A stretch of 37,132 bases of DNA, from the sequence record SRR22947725_531. The stretch is one strand, 5' to 3'. The notes under the pieces are model-generated. The model saw only the letters and a program-made list of their open reading frames with translations. It was not told where the DNA came from and did not search any database. How positions within the stretch are numbered: position 1 is the first letter of the stretch; each line of letters opens with the position of its first letter. Of the stretch, positions 28,377-37,132 are shown in pieces. The position numbers and the translations under genes are program-made.

Positions 28377-29651
28377 ATGAGCACAAACAAAAACACAAGC
28401 ACAGGCACAACACTCAAGGTCATGATTGGTGGAGTCCCATTTGGTAGAAATAATATCGGCGATGAAGCTATATTAGAAGGAATGGTGAAAATCATAAGAA
28501 TCATTAGCCCAGGCGTTAAACTTACAGTCAGTACTGATGATCAAAAAAATACATCTGAAAAATTAGCCCTTAGTACATGCCCACTTTTTGGCTTTAGCCA
28601 TGTTGCATATGATGCTGGCCAAGCACGCAAGATTATAAAAGAACATGATTTGTACATTTGGTGTGGGGCAACAGGTCTTTCAGATTACCCTGAAGATGCC
28701 TTATCACTTTTAGATATTTGCCGCGATGTAAAAGTTCCCAGTATTGTTTTTGGAACTGGTATGAATAAAGAACTAAATCCACTCAAATATAAAATTCAGG
28801 ATGGCAAGAAAAGAAAACTTCTAGATTTAATTAAAACTTTGAGCATAGGCACAATAGATCCAGTTACAATCCTAGAAGAAAGAATGATGAAAAAAACTCA
28901 CCAGCACATTAAATCGGCATTTAATAAAACTGAACTTGTTGTCTTAAGGGACACTGATAGTGCACGCCGTGTAACCGAGATTTGTAATAGCAAGAACATA
29001 AATGTCGGTGCTGACCCTGCGATTCTCATTCCTAGCAACAAAGATATATATACAAAAATTGATGCTAAAACTAATGCAATGCTAAAGACCTCAAAGAAGA
29101 AAATCGGTATTTGCATATCTGCACAAAGAAAAGTCAAACAGTTTGCTGAATTGGCAGAAAGTATCGATGCATGGATCATGAATCACGACCTTGAAGTTTA
29201 CTTCATACCAATGAATCCAGTCACTGATCGCGAGCTCATGAAGAATTTACTGAGTACAATGAAAAATAAGGATGCCTGTGTAGTCGTTGAAAACTGCCTT
29301 GAGCCTGCAGATATAGTAGAAATCACGTCACATATGGACCTCGTCATTAGTAGCCGACTTCACCTATTAATTCTTGCATCCATTCATTCCATCCCCCTTA
29401 TTGGTATAAGTCGAGGTAGCAAGGTTGACTCATTCTTAAATATGTATGGGCTAAAATCTTCTGGTTCAGTAGATGATCTAGACTTGAACCATCTAAATGA
29501 GCAAGTTCAACATTTTATCGGTGTTGGGCCAGAATTTATTTACTGCGGCAAAAAAATTCGTGAACAAATGTTAAAACGACTTACTAATGCAATCACAAAA
29601 CTAGAAATGTCATTCAAGAAATTGTCTAAAAAAGGTGCTTGTCATGCATGA
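28377..29651 (+). CDS. Polysaccharide pyruvyl transferase (CsaB/WcaK family)
   Basis: NIGDEAIL, LRD..S, ADPA, SSRLHLLILA, KV. Confidence 0.9.
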   Translation: MSTNKNTSTGTTLKVMIGGVPFGRNNIGDEAILEGMVKIIRIISPGVKLTVSTDDQKNTSEKLALSTCPLFGFSHVAYDAGQARKIIKEHDLYIWCGATGLSDYPEDALSLLDICRDVKVPSIVFGTGMNKELNPLKYKIQDGKKRKLLDLIKTLSIGTIDPVTILEERMMKKTHQHIKSAFNKTELVVLRDTDSARRVTEICNSKNINVGADPAILIPSNKDIYTKIDAKTNAMLKTSKKKIGICISAQRKVKQFAELAESIDAWIMNHDLEVYFIPMNPVTDRELMKNLLSTMKNKDACVVVENCLEPADIVEITSHMDLVISSRLHLLILASIHSIPLIGISRGSKVDSFLNMYGLKSSGSVDDLDLNHLNEQVQHFIGVGPEFIYCGKKIREQMLKRLTNAITKLEMSFKKLSKKGACHA

Positions 29652-30900
29652 GTCAGAATTAAAATCTGTATGTCACGTCATGCGACGTTTTGTAAAGGAT
29701 AAATGGGGCGGCACAGAAGCTGTAGTTCTAAACTATTCAACAAATATGGTCCAAAGAGGAATTCATAATTCAATTTATGCAACAAACATTTTCACCAAAA
29801 ATAAGTATGAATCTATAAATGGTGCGGTTGTAAAGAGATTCAATTATATCTTCCCATGGCTTTTCCTTACAAAGCCCGCAAAAGAAAAACTCATGCTGAA
29901 AGGAGGCAGTCCACTATCATTAAGTCTCTTTTGGAACTTACTATGCCAAAAAGATGTATCGATCATACATGCTCATGTCCAACATAGACTAGGCGGTATA
30001 GCTAGAACTGTCGCCAAATTAAAAAAAATCCCCTACGTAGTTAGTCTACATGGTAATTACTTGACTCTGCCTAAGGAAGAGTCTGATAAAATGATGAAAC
30101 CGTTTAAAGGTAAATTTGAATGGGGTAAATTTTTCGGCTTATTGTTTGGTGCAAGAAGAACAGTTAAAGACGCAGATGCAGTAATCTGTGTAGATAAAGA
30201 AGAGTTCAAACAGCTTACAGTAAAATACCCAAGTAAAAGAATAATCTATCTGCCTAATGGTGTTGATGTCGAGAAGTTTCAGAACGTAACTGGTCAATTT
30301 TTTAGAGATTCAATTGGCTTAAAAAAAGATGAAAAGTATGTGCTTTGTTTGTCTCGAATTGATTATCAAAAGAATCAGCGCTTACTCGTTCAGGCATTTG
30401 CAGAATACAGTATCAACCATCCAAAACACAAGCTTGTCTTAGTCGGTCCTGTAACTGTTGAAAGCTACTTAAGTGAAATACAGAAAGATATAAAAACATT
30501 CGGTCTCCAAGATAAAGTAGTTATCATACCCGGCTTACAGCATGATGACCCTTTATTACCTTCGGCTTATAAAGGTGCTGATATGTTTGTTTTACCATCA
30601 AAACATGAACCATTTGGTATAGTTATACTAGAAGCTTGGGCATCTGAAGTCCCAGTGATATCGACTGCATTAAGTGGTATCCAGGCTTTCACTTCTAATG
30701 AAGAAAACTGCCTGCACTTTGAAAGTGACAACAAAGCTCAACTTCTTCAAAAAATGAACATGTTGGATGACCAAGATCTACGTTCAAATCTGATAAAGAA
30801 TTCTAACAATGAGGTTAATAAATACAGTTGGAAAACAATCACGTTAAAGTTACAGGAAATATACCGTGAACTAATTACAGCAAAAAGGAGCTCAAAATGA
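29644..30900 (+). CDS. Glycosyltransferase family 4
   Basis: GGTE, PNGVD, RI..QKNQ, FVLPSKHEPFGIVILEAWA..VPV; ATG 29644 after AAGGTG. Confidence 0.92.
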   Translation: MHESELKSVCHVMRRFVKDKWGGTEAVVLNYSTNMVQRGIHNSIYATNIFTKNKYESINGAVVKRFNYIFPWLFLTKPAKEKLMLKGGSPLSLSLFWNLLCQKDVSIIHAHVQHRLGGIARTVAKLKKIPYVVSLHGNYLTLPKEESDKMMKPFKGKFEWGKFFGLLFGARRTVKDADAVICVDKEEFKQLTVKYPSKRIIYLPNGVDVEKFQNVTGQFFRDSIGLKKDEKYVLCLSRIDYQKNQRLLVQAFAEYSINHPKHKLVLVGPVTVESYLSEIQKDIKTFGLQDKVVIIPGLQHDDPLLPSAYKGADMFVLPSKHEPFGIVILEAWASEVPVISTALSGIQAFTSNEENCLHFESDNKAQLLQKMNMLDDQDLRSNLIKNSNNEVNKYSWKTITLKLQEIYRELITAKRSSK

Positions 30901-32024
30901 ATATCGACTTTTCATCATTTGTTTTACAAGGAGGCAAAAGCGGTGTTGCTCGTTATGTCATAGACTTGCTAGCCACGCTTAACCAAAAGTCTAAAGGGCA
31001 CAAGTTTAACGTATATGTACCAGAGCATGAAAGGAAGCTTCTTAACAAACAAAGTAAATCAATGGCTTTTAATGTATGTTCTAAAATTACCGCAAACCCC
31101 ATTTTCTCGATTCTTTGGCATAACATTATTATGCCTTTCAAAAACCAAAATGTCGACCTTGTCCATATCCCAAGTTATCGTAGAATACCATTTATCAAAA
31201 AAAGTAAAATAATAGCAACAGTTCATGACTTAGCTACATTTAGAATTAATAACAAATACGATAAATTAAGAATGTTTTACAATCGAAAAATTGTACCTCT
31301 ATTAATTAGACGTTGTGATCGAATCATTACTGTTAGTGAGTTCTCGAAAAAAGAAATCGTGCATTTTACTGGTTATGATCCAGAGAAAATTGATGTTATA
31401 TACTCTGGTATAAATCATGAGCTATTTAGACCCATATGCAAAGAAGCTGCAAAAGCCCAGCTTTCTGCCGAGTTAAATATAAACTTCCCTTACATATGTT
31501 ATGTATCAAGAATTGAACCTAAAGCAAAAAATCATTTTAGATTACTAGAAGCTTTTGAACGTTACAAAGACAATAACGATACAGATAAAAAACTTCTACT
31601 AGTTGGTTCAAACTGGAATGGCGCTGATGAATTTATCAAAAGAGTCAATCAGTCAAAATACAAACACGATGTTTTGATGACAGGCTATGTAAGAGATGAA
31701 TTACTTCCATACATTTACTCTGCGGCATCCTTATGTGTTTACCCCTCACTTTTTGAGGGTTTTGGATTCCCTGTAATCGAGGCACTTGCATGTGGCGCGC
31801 CTGTTATTTGTTCCAATACAACATCATTAAAAGAGATTTCTGATGGCCGGCTCCCCTGTTTCGATCCAGAATCAACAGATGAAATTTACGATTGTTTGGA
31901 AAAAACTCTTGAATCAGATAATCACATGCAGAATACAAGAGAAAATATTAAATATGCCAAAACCTTTAATTGGAATAAAACTGCAAATAAGGTTTTAGAA
32001 TCATATCAAAAATGTATCGACTAG
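30897..32024 (+). CDS. Glycosyltransferase family 4 (mannosyltransferase-like)
   Basis: GVARY, TVHDL, TVSEFSK.EI, KN, YPSLFEGFGFPVIEALACG.PV. Confidence 0.93.
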   Translation: MNIDFSSFVLQGGKSGVARYVIDLLATLNQKSKGHKFNVYVPEHERKLLNKQSKSMAFNVCSKITANPIFSILWHNIIMPFKNQNVDLVHIPSYRRIPFIKKSKIIATVHDLATFRINNKYDKLRMFYNRKIVPLLIRRCDRIITVSEFSKKEIVHFTGYDPEKIDVIYSGINHELFRPICKEAAKAQLSAELNINFPYICYVSRIEPKAKNHFRLLEAFERYKDNNDTDKKLLLVGSNWNGADEFIKRVNQSKYKHDVLMTGYVRDELLPYIYSAASLCVYPSLFEGFGFPVIEALACGAPVICSNTTSLKEISDGRLPCFDPESTDEIYDCLEKTLESDNHMQNTRENIKYAKTFNWNKTANKVLESYQKCID

Positions 32025-32064
32025 AGGCGTTTAAGCTTATATAAAAATCGACTCATATTGAACA

Positions 32065-32100
32065 ATTAATGACGCCAATTTTAAACTTGGCGTCATTAAT
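32065..32100 (+). terminator. Stem-loop / probable terminator after the GT4 gene
   Basis: ATTAATGACGCCAA-N8-TTGGCGTCATTAAT, perfect 14-bp stem, weak U-tract. Confidence 0.7.
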
Positions 32101-32420
32101 ATTTAGACTTATTATAGCTTCACCGCTACTTGAGATTGTTTCATTCCAATAATAAATAATAATTTTTTATGCACTCTCAGATATAAACTTCCTTAAGAAA
32201 CTCCAGGCAAGATATAAGCTATTATAATTCATTGCACATCCATAAAGATTCCACGTGTTCTAAAACCCACACAATCCCTTCCCCCTAAGCGCACACGAAC
32301 CCTCCGAACCCACCAATAAAAAAATCATAATTACCTTATTATGTAAATGTTACACATAATTTACCAACAACTTCACGATTCCTGCTAGTAACCTAAAATG
32401 TACAAAACAAAGGACACACA

Positions 32421-33518
32421 ATGAACGTTTTAATAGGTATACCGGTTTGGAATGAGGAAGATATAATAGCCCAAACTTTAACTTCCTTACATCAGCAAAG
32501 TATTTTCAGACGTAAAGACCTCAATGTTGAAATAATTGTCTTGGCTAATGCCTGTAAGGATAGAACTGTAGAAGTAGCTCGTGATACTCTAAAATTATTA
32601 GAAAGCAGTAAACAGACAAATTCCTTTAGTAAGGTCATCAATTCTCCTGTTCCAGGTAAAATCAACGCTTGGAATGATGTAATGGATAAATACTCAACTG
32701 GAGATGACGATTACATCATATTTATGGATGGAGACATAATTTTTTTACAAGATGATAATCTGGAAAAACTAATCAATGCATTGGTCCAAAGTAATGAAGC
32801 ATGGGTTTCTACTGACCAACCGATCAAGGATATATCATTAATAAAAGAGAAAAATCTATCTCAAAAAATAAGCTTGTTATTTTCAAAATTCACACAAAAA
32901 TCGCAAGGTCAGCTTTGTGGACAACTGTACTGTTGTAAGTCTAGTTTTTTAAGAAGAATGGCAATTCCAAATGGTATCTTCATAGAAGACACATTTATAA
33001 AATATATGGCCATTACAAATGGTCTCACTGAAAAGCCCAATAACAAACGTCTCATTAATGTAGATGGCGCTTCACATCTATTTGAAGCTTATACTGGGTT
33101 AAGTGCGTACTTTAGCAACCAAGTTAGACAAACTATATCATTCACAATTTGGAGGCTCTTTAAAAAGCATGTCAAAGAAAATGTCAGTCCTTCAAATGCC
33201 CTTGAATACACCAAAAAAATGTATTCAAACAATCCTGATTGGTTTAGTGAAGTCGTTAGAAGCCGATTTGAAGAAAAGAAATACTGGCACATCTACAAAG
33301 GTGCCTTAAAAGTTCGCTTTCACAGACTAAAGCTTTTAGGGTTTGTAGATAAACTCAAAATGTTATTACCTGTAACCGCAGCATGGGTTCTAGATCTTGT
33401 TATTTTCATATCCAGTAACAAGAGAATCAAAGCCGGAAAAATTAACAACATATGGCCTGATACACAAAGTAGTAATTTAGCAAAAGTTAGCTCTGCCAAA
33501 ATAGACCCCGTCTGTTAA
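32421..33518 (+). CDS. Glycosyltransferase family 2
   Basis: IPVWNEE, NAC.DRT, GK..AWN, FMDGD, GQLY, ED. Confidence 0.88.
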   Translation: MNVLIGIPVWNEEDIIAQTLTSLHQQSIFRRKDLNVEIIVLANACKDRTVEVARDTLKLLESSKQTNSFSKVINSPVPGKINAWNDVMDKYSTGDDDYIIFMDGDIIFLQDDNLEKLINALVQSNEAWVSTDQPIKDISLIKEKNLSQKISLLFSKFTQKSQGQLCGQLYCCKSSFLRRMAIPNGIFIEDTFIKYMAITNGLTEKPNNKRLINVDGASHLFEAYTGLSAYFSNQVRQTISFTIWRLFKKHVKENVSPSNALEYTKKMYSNNPDWFSEVVRSRFEEKKYWHIYKGALKVRFHRLKLLGFVDKLKMLLPVTAAWVLDLVIFISSNKRIKAGKINNIWPDTQSSNLAKVSSAKIDPVC

Positions 33519-33521
33519 AGC

Positions 33522-33539
33522 AGTGCGAGAAACCGCTCA
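33522..33539. promoter_or_regulatory. Candidate enhancer (UAS) upstream of the TPR-exosortase operon
   Basis: AGTGCG-AGAAAC-CGCTCA, about 75 bp upstream of the -24 element. Confidence 0.55.
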
Positions 33540-33614
33540 GCCTAAAACCTCCATCGTCTAAACAAAAAACCTAAGACACTGATCTATATGATCTTATGAC
33601 TACAATAGACTCAC

Positions 33615-33630
33615 TGGCATATTAAGTGCA
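33615..33630 (+). promoter_or_regulatory. Sigma-54 -24/-12 promoter of the TPR-exosortase operon
   Basis: TGGCATATTAAGTGCA. Confidence 0.75.
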
Positions 33631-33645
33631 CTTTTGGAAACTGTT

Positions 33646-36366
33646 ATGAAAAAATTAAAATACATATTAACTACTTCAATAATTATTCTGGTAATAATTA
33701 CAACTCTTTTAATTTTCACGAAAGAAGAAGTTGAAGAAAAAAAGGTAACAACATCAACTGTAAACTTGAAAGAGTTGTCATCACAACTTCTTAAAGAAGA
33801 AAAATATCAGCAAGCTTTGAATGTGGCAATTAAAGCCCTGGCTCAAACTCCAAACGATAAAAATTTATGCTGGGATATAAGCACTATAGCCCTTTACAAT
33901 AAAAAAATGAACATGGCTGTCAAATATTCAAAGATGGCCTGGGATAAAGGTCTTCAAAATCGAGAAGTCATATTAAGAGTCTTACGTTCTAGCTCAAAAT
34001 CAAAAAGATATATCGCAGATTTTCAGAATTCACTTTTAGAAATGAGTAATTCTCTTAAGGGCCCTTTTGAAAAAGTCTCAACTACTGGCGATCTAAAAAT
34101 ACAATTTAATCAAACTGAAGAAGCCTTGCATCTGTGGAATGAATACTACAAAAAAGAGAAACACCCAAAAATAGCAAACAGAATTGCGAATGCATTAGTT
34201 GGAACAGGGCAATTACCACGAGCAACTAAATTTTTAACTGAATGCTACAATGACGATAAACTTGACGAAAGAGGTATGGCTTTATATTCAAGAATTTTTT
34301 TACTAGCCAGCCGATATGACCTATCATTAAATGTCCTTGACAAAGCCATCAAAAAATGGCCCAATTCAATTAGTTTGTTAACTGAAAAGTCATATTGTTT
34401 TCTTTTAACTGGAGAGCTGAAAAAATCATTGGAGCTATCTGAAGAGACTTTAAAAAAACCGCAATGCCCTAAGGCACTGAAAAAGCAGCTACAGATACAA
34501 ATTTTAACTAACGCTTTCTTACTGAATGATTATGAACGATTAAGTTCCTTCATAACAATCTCTCAAAAGACATCATTTGAAGAGGGGCTCCAATTTCTTA
34601 CTCAAGCATGCATTAAGGCAATATCTGAAAATTATGAACAATCATATACAGAGTTCAAGAAGTCTACTCGACTTATTGAAAATCAACTCATATTGCTATG
34701 CGAATTAAAAGTACTCAATGATAATGAGAAGTACGAATTATCACTTAAACATTGTGAGAAAATTAAAGACCTTGTCCTTAGGTCGTCTCCACTTTTTAGG
34801 AAATTTTGGGTTAAAGCTCTAATTGAAATGAAACAGTACCGTCTTGCCGAAAGCCTCCTTCAAGAAAGTATTTTCAAAGGCAACCTTAATTATAACTCAC
34901 TTAAAAGTTTACAAGATATTTACCATCATAACGGTAGGAAGGTTCAAGTCTTGAAAATTGCTAGTATTCTCAATAAGCTCTACTCTAAAAATACATACAT
35001 AAAACTCGATTCTCTACAAAAAAGCATCGAATATAAAGACCATACTCTTTCTAAAAATATTATTGATGAATTAGAGAACTTTAAACTTACAGAGGCCGAA
35101 AAGGTAATCTTTGACATCTATAAGTCGCTTTATGAAAAAAACCATTCAAACCTCATTGCGGCTATAGAGAAAACTCAGCTTAGTGCAGAGACCAAATTAA
35201 AAATTCAGGGCATCACTAACCTAATTAAAAATAAGATTACATTTAATTATGAGGACATTTTTAATAACAGTCTATCAACAATTACTGGAATCGACCTTAA
35301 AGGATCAAACCCTGAAAGAATTTTTAATGCTCAAAAGCTTATCTACCAAAATAAAGGGTTGGAAGCATTAGATGAATTAAATGCATTACCCATTAGTAAG
35401 AAGTCTCAAAGCGTCCTTTTGAGATCTCAGGTTGATGCACTTATGCTCACAGAACAATGGGAGACTTCCATAAGTGTGCTGTTGTCCATTATCCAAAAAG
35501 AGCCTTTACCTAGAGACTACAGAAATCTAATTTATTGCTATATTAAAACTCAAAAACATACTTTAGCTGAGAACCTCATAGACCAGCATGATAGCTTTAT
35601 TGAAAGCGACCTTTATATATTTAGCTTTACCGTTTTACAAATGATAAAAAAAGGTGACATAGCCTCAGCTTCCGAGACTTTTAAAGTTTATAAGTCTGTA
35701 AAACACCCTCTTTACGCCTATACCCATGCTGTACTCGATGAAACACAAGGAAAGAGTAAAAACGCTCTCAAGGTTTTATCTGAATTCCCTTTAGATCATA
35801 AATGTAACTACCTAAGTCTAGAAATAATGATTAACAATAAAATGGCGCATGAGATTTTATCTCTCAACCGACCTCATAAGTTAACACTTGAACAATGGTC
35901 AATGCTGGGAGCCAAAGCCTTAAAAAGGCAAAATTTCAAAATATCAGCAATAATCTATGATATGGCAAATTTAGAGCACCCTAATCAAGCAGTAATCTTA
36001 AATAATCTAGCCTGGAGTACCTTTAAACTCGGTGATTATGATTATTCTTTAAAAATAATAAAAGAAGCCTATAAACTGGCGAAGACTGATGTCGATATTT
36101 TACACACATACTCATCCACTCTATTAAAGAATAAAAATTACCATGAATGCAAATTAATTCTAGAAAATGCTGACGTCATAAACTCTTTGACGTCGACTCC
36201 AGAACTAATAAGAAATTTAGCTCATAGCTATAGTAAAATAGGGAGTAAAAAAGCTATAGAAGCATATAAAAAATGTATTCAAAATTATCAAAATGGCATT
36301 GGCGATCTTAGTCAAAGTTCACTTAACGAAGCCAGAGACTATCTACAATCCAATAACAAAATTTGA
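33646..36366 (+). CDS. Large membrane-anchored TPR-repeat protein (PrsT-like scaffold)
   Basis: N-terminal KKLK + TM helix; all-helical; TPR signatures such as P.....LNNLAW....GD...A and AIEAYKK; ATG 33646 preferred over TTG 33634. Confidence 0.82.
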   Translation: MKKLKYILTTSIIILVIITTLLIFTKEEVEEKKVTTSTVNLKELSSQLLKEEKYQQALNVAIKALAQTPNDKNLCWDISTIALYNKKMNMAVKYSKMAWDKGLQNREVILRVLRSSSKSKRYIADFQNSLLEMSNSLKGPFEKVSTTGDLKIQFNQTEEALHLWNEYYKKEKHPKIANRIANALVGTGQLPRATKFLTECYNDDKLDERGMALYSRIFLLASRYDLSLNVLDKAIKKWPNSISLLTEKSYCFLLTGELKKSLELSEETLKKPQCPKALKKQLQIQILTNAFLLNDYERLSSFITISQKTSFEEGLQFLTQACIKAISENYEQSYTEFKKSTRLIENQLILLCELKVLNDNEKYELSLKHCEKIKDLVLRSSPLFRKFWVKALIEMKQYRLAESLLQESIFKGNLNYNSLKSLQDIYHHNGRKVQVLKIASILNKLYSKNTYIKLDSLQKSIEYKDHTLSKNIIDELENFKLTEAEKVIFDIYKSLYEKNHSNLIAAIEKTQLSAETKLKIQGITNLIKNKITFNYEDIFNNSLSTITGIDLKGSNPERIFNAQKLIYQNKGLEALDELNALPISKKSQSVLLRSQVDALMLTEQWETSISVLLSIIQKEPLPRDYRNLIYCYIKTQKHTLAENLIDQHDSFIESDLYIFSFTVLQMIKKGDIASASETFKVYKSVKHPLYAYTHAVLDETQGKSKNALKVLSEFPLDHKCNYLSLEIMINNKMAHEILSLNRPHKLTLEQWSMLGAKALKRQNFKISAIIYDMANLEHPNQAVILNNLAWSTFKLGDYDYSLKIIKEAYKLAKTDVDILHTYSSTLLKNKNYHECKLILENADVINSLTSTPELIRNLAHSYSKIGSKKAIEAYKKCIQNYQNGIGDLSQSSLNEARDYLQSNNKI

Positions 36367-36371
36367 GAATC

Positions 36372-37132
36372 ATGTTACACCAAGCTAAACAATTACCTGC
36401 AAGTCAACTAGAGGGAAATAATAAAAGTCTCTTCAAGTTAGGTGTTTGTGCAGTTATTATCTATTACTCATTGTCCCTTATCGAACCATTGATCTCATTT
36501 CCACTAAGAGTTATTACTAGTAATCTATCTTTCAGTCTACTTTCATTTACCGGCATCGATATAACACTTGAAGGAACAGTTTTATCAACCGCCGATTTCA
36601 CATTCAATGTCGTTCCTGCATGCAGTGGTTCGCTAGTTCTCAAGGCGATAATGATGTTTGGTTTTGTCATTGCGATGCATTTACGGTCATGGTCTATAAA
36701 AAATTTTTGCTACCTTATTGTAGGCTTAGTAGCTTTAGCAATATTCGCCAACTCAGCCAGAGTTAGTCTCCTGGTAATAGCGAGTATAATCTACGAAAGT
36801 ACAATTGAGGGTGTCAAACACGATTTGCTTGGTATCATAACATTTGTTGGTTCATTACTGACACTTACCATGATACTAATGAAATTACCTAAAACGAAAA
36901 AAAATACAGTTCTTAATAAACCTTGGCTGTACCTTTTTTTCTATTTGTTGATTTTTGCCCCCTTTATTAAGACATTAGTACTAGCATGGACCTTTTCTCC
37001 ACTCGATAAATACTCATTTATATTTCTTATAACTGGTATATTTTTGATGTATAGAAAATCTGCTAAAGCTGGTAATTGCTCTGTTAAAGAACCAAAAGCT
37101 TTTTATTACACTTCACAGCTTATTATTTTTTC
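36372..37132 (+). CDS. Exosortase/archaeosortase family transpeptidase, 3'-truncated by window edge
   Basis: Open from ATG 36372 to the window end (absent from ORF track); FNVVPAC84SG, ANSAR130V, KH150DLLG give the Cys-Arg-His triad; multiple TM helices. Confidence 0.9.
   Translation, partial: MLHQAKQLPASQLEGNNKSLFKLGVCAVIIYYSLSLIEPLISFPLRVITSNLSFSLLSFTGIDITLEGTVLSTADFTFNVVPACSGSLVLKAIMMFGFVIAMHLRSWSIKNFCYLIVGLVALAIFANSARVSLLVIASIIYESTIEGVKHDLLGIITFVGSLLTLTMILMKLPKTKKNTVLNKPWLYLFFYLLIFAPFIKTLVLAWTFSPLDKYSFIFLITGIFLMYRKSAKAGNCSVKEPKAFYYTSQLIIF

Noticed and set aside
1964-33309. Short ORFs in the track that lie antisense or out of frame within larger genes (e.g. 1964-2221, 2873-3190, 9100-9405, 21135-21446, 23110-23418, 26632-26931, 33103-33309)
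   Set aside because: Shadow ORFs of well-supported genes; no recognisable motifs
36464-36670. 68-aa minus-strand ORF
   Set aside because: Antisense to the exosortase catalytic region

Overview
Bacterial chromosomal window with two parts. Bases 1-5745 hold a truncated tRNA-Leu(CAA), a probable unannotated 29-aa membrane peptide, a rhomboid protease, a di-haem cytochrome c lipoprotein and alaA. They end in a compact three-gene RiPP cluster: a Cys/Lys-rich precursor with a lipobox, an MNIO/DUF692 enzyme and a DUF2063 partner. Bases 5753-37132 are a visibly more AT-rich exopolysaccharide/exosortase locus. Its regulators are a STAS protein, a REC-PP2C-kinase hybrid (HsbR/SypE-like) and a DctD-like sigma-54 activator. 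Its biosynthetic genes are a priming sugar transferase, five glycosyltransferases, WecB/TagA with a STAS-like tail, Wzy/O-antigen ligase, Wzx, Wzc, two Wza paralogues and a pyruvyltransferase. It also carries an ExeA-like ATPase, a TPR protein, several unusual enzymes and a truncated exosortase missing from the ORF track. The main findings are (1) the apparently lipid-anchored MNIO precursor, (2) a promoter architecture repeated across eight transcription units (DctD-like enhancer, a 25-bp YAA-N4-CT-N13-TTA element, then a -24/-12 site usually 18-19 bp away), and (3) an exosortase whose domain order looks circularly permuted or duplicated. All calls come from motif reading by eye; no database searches were run.
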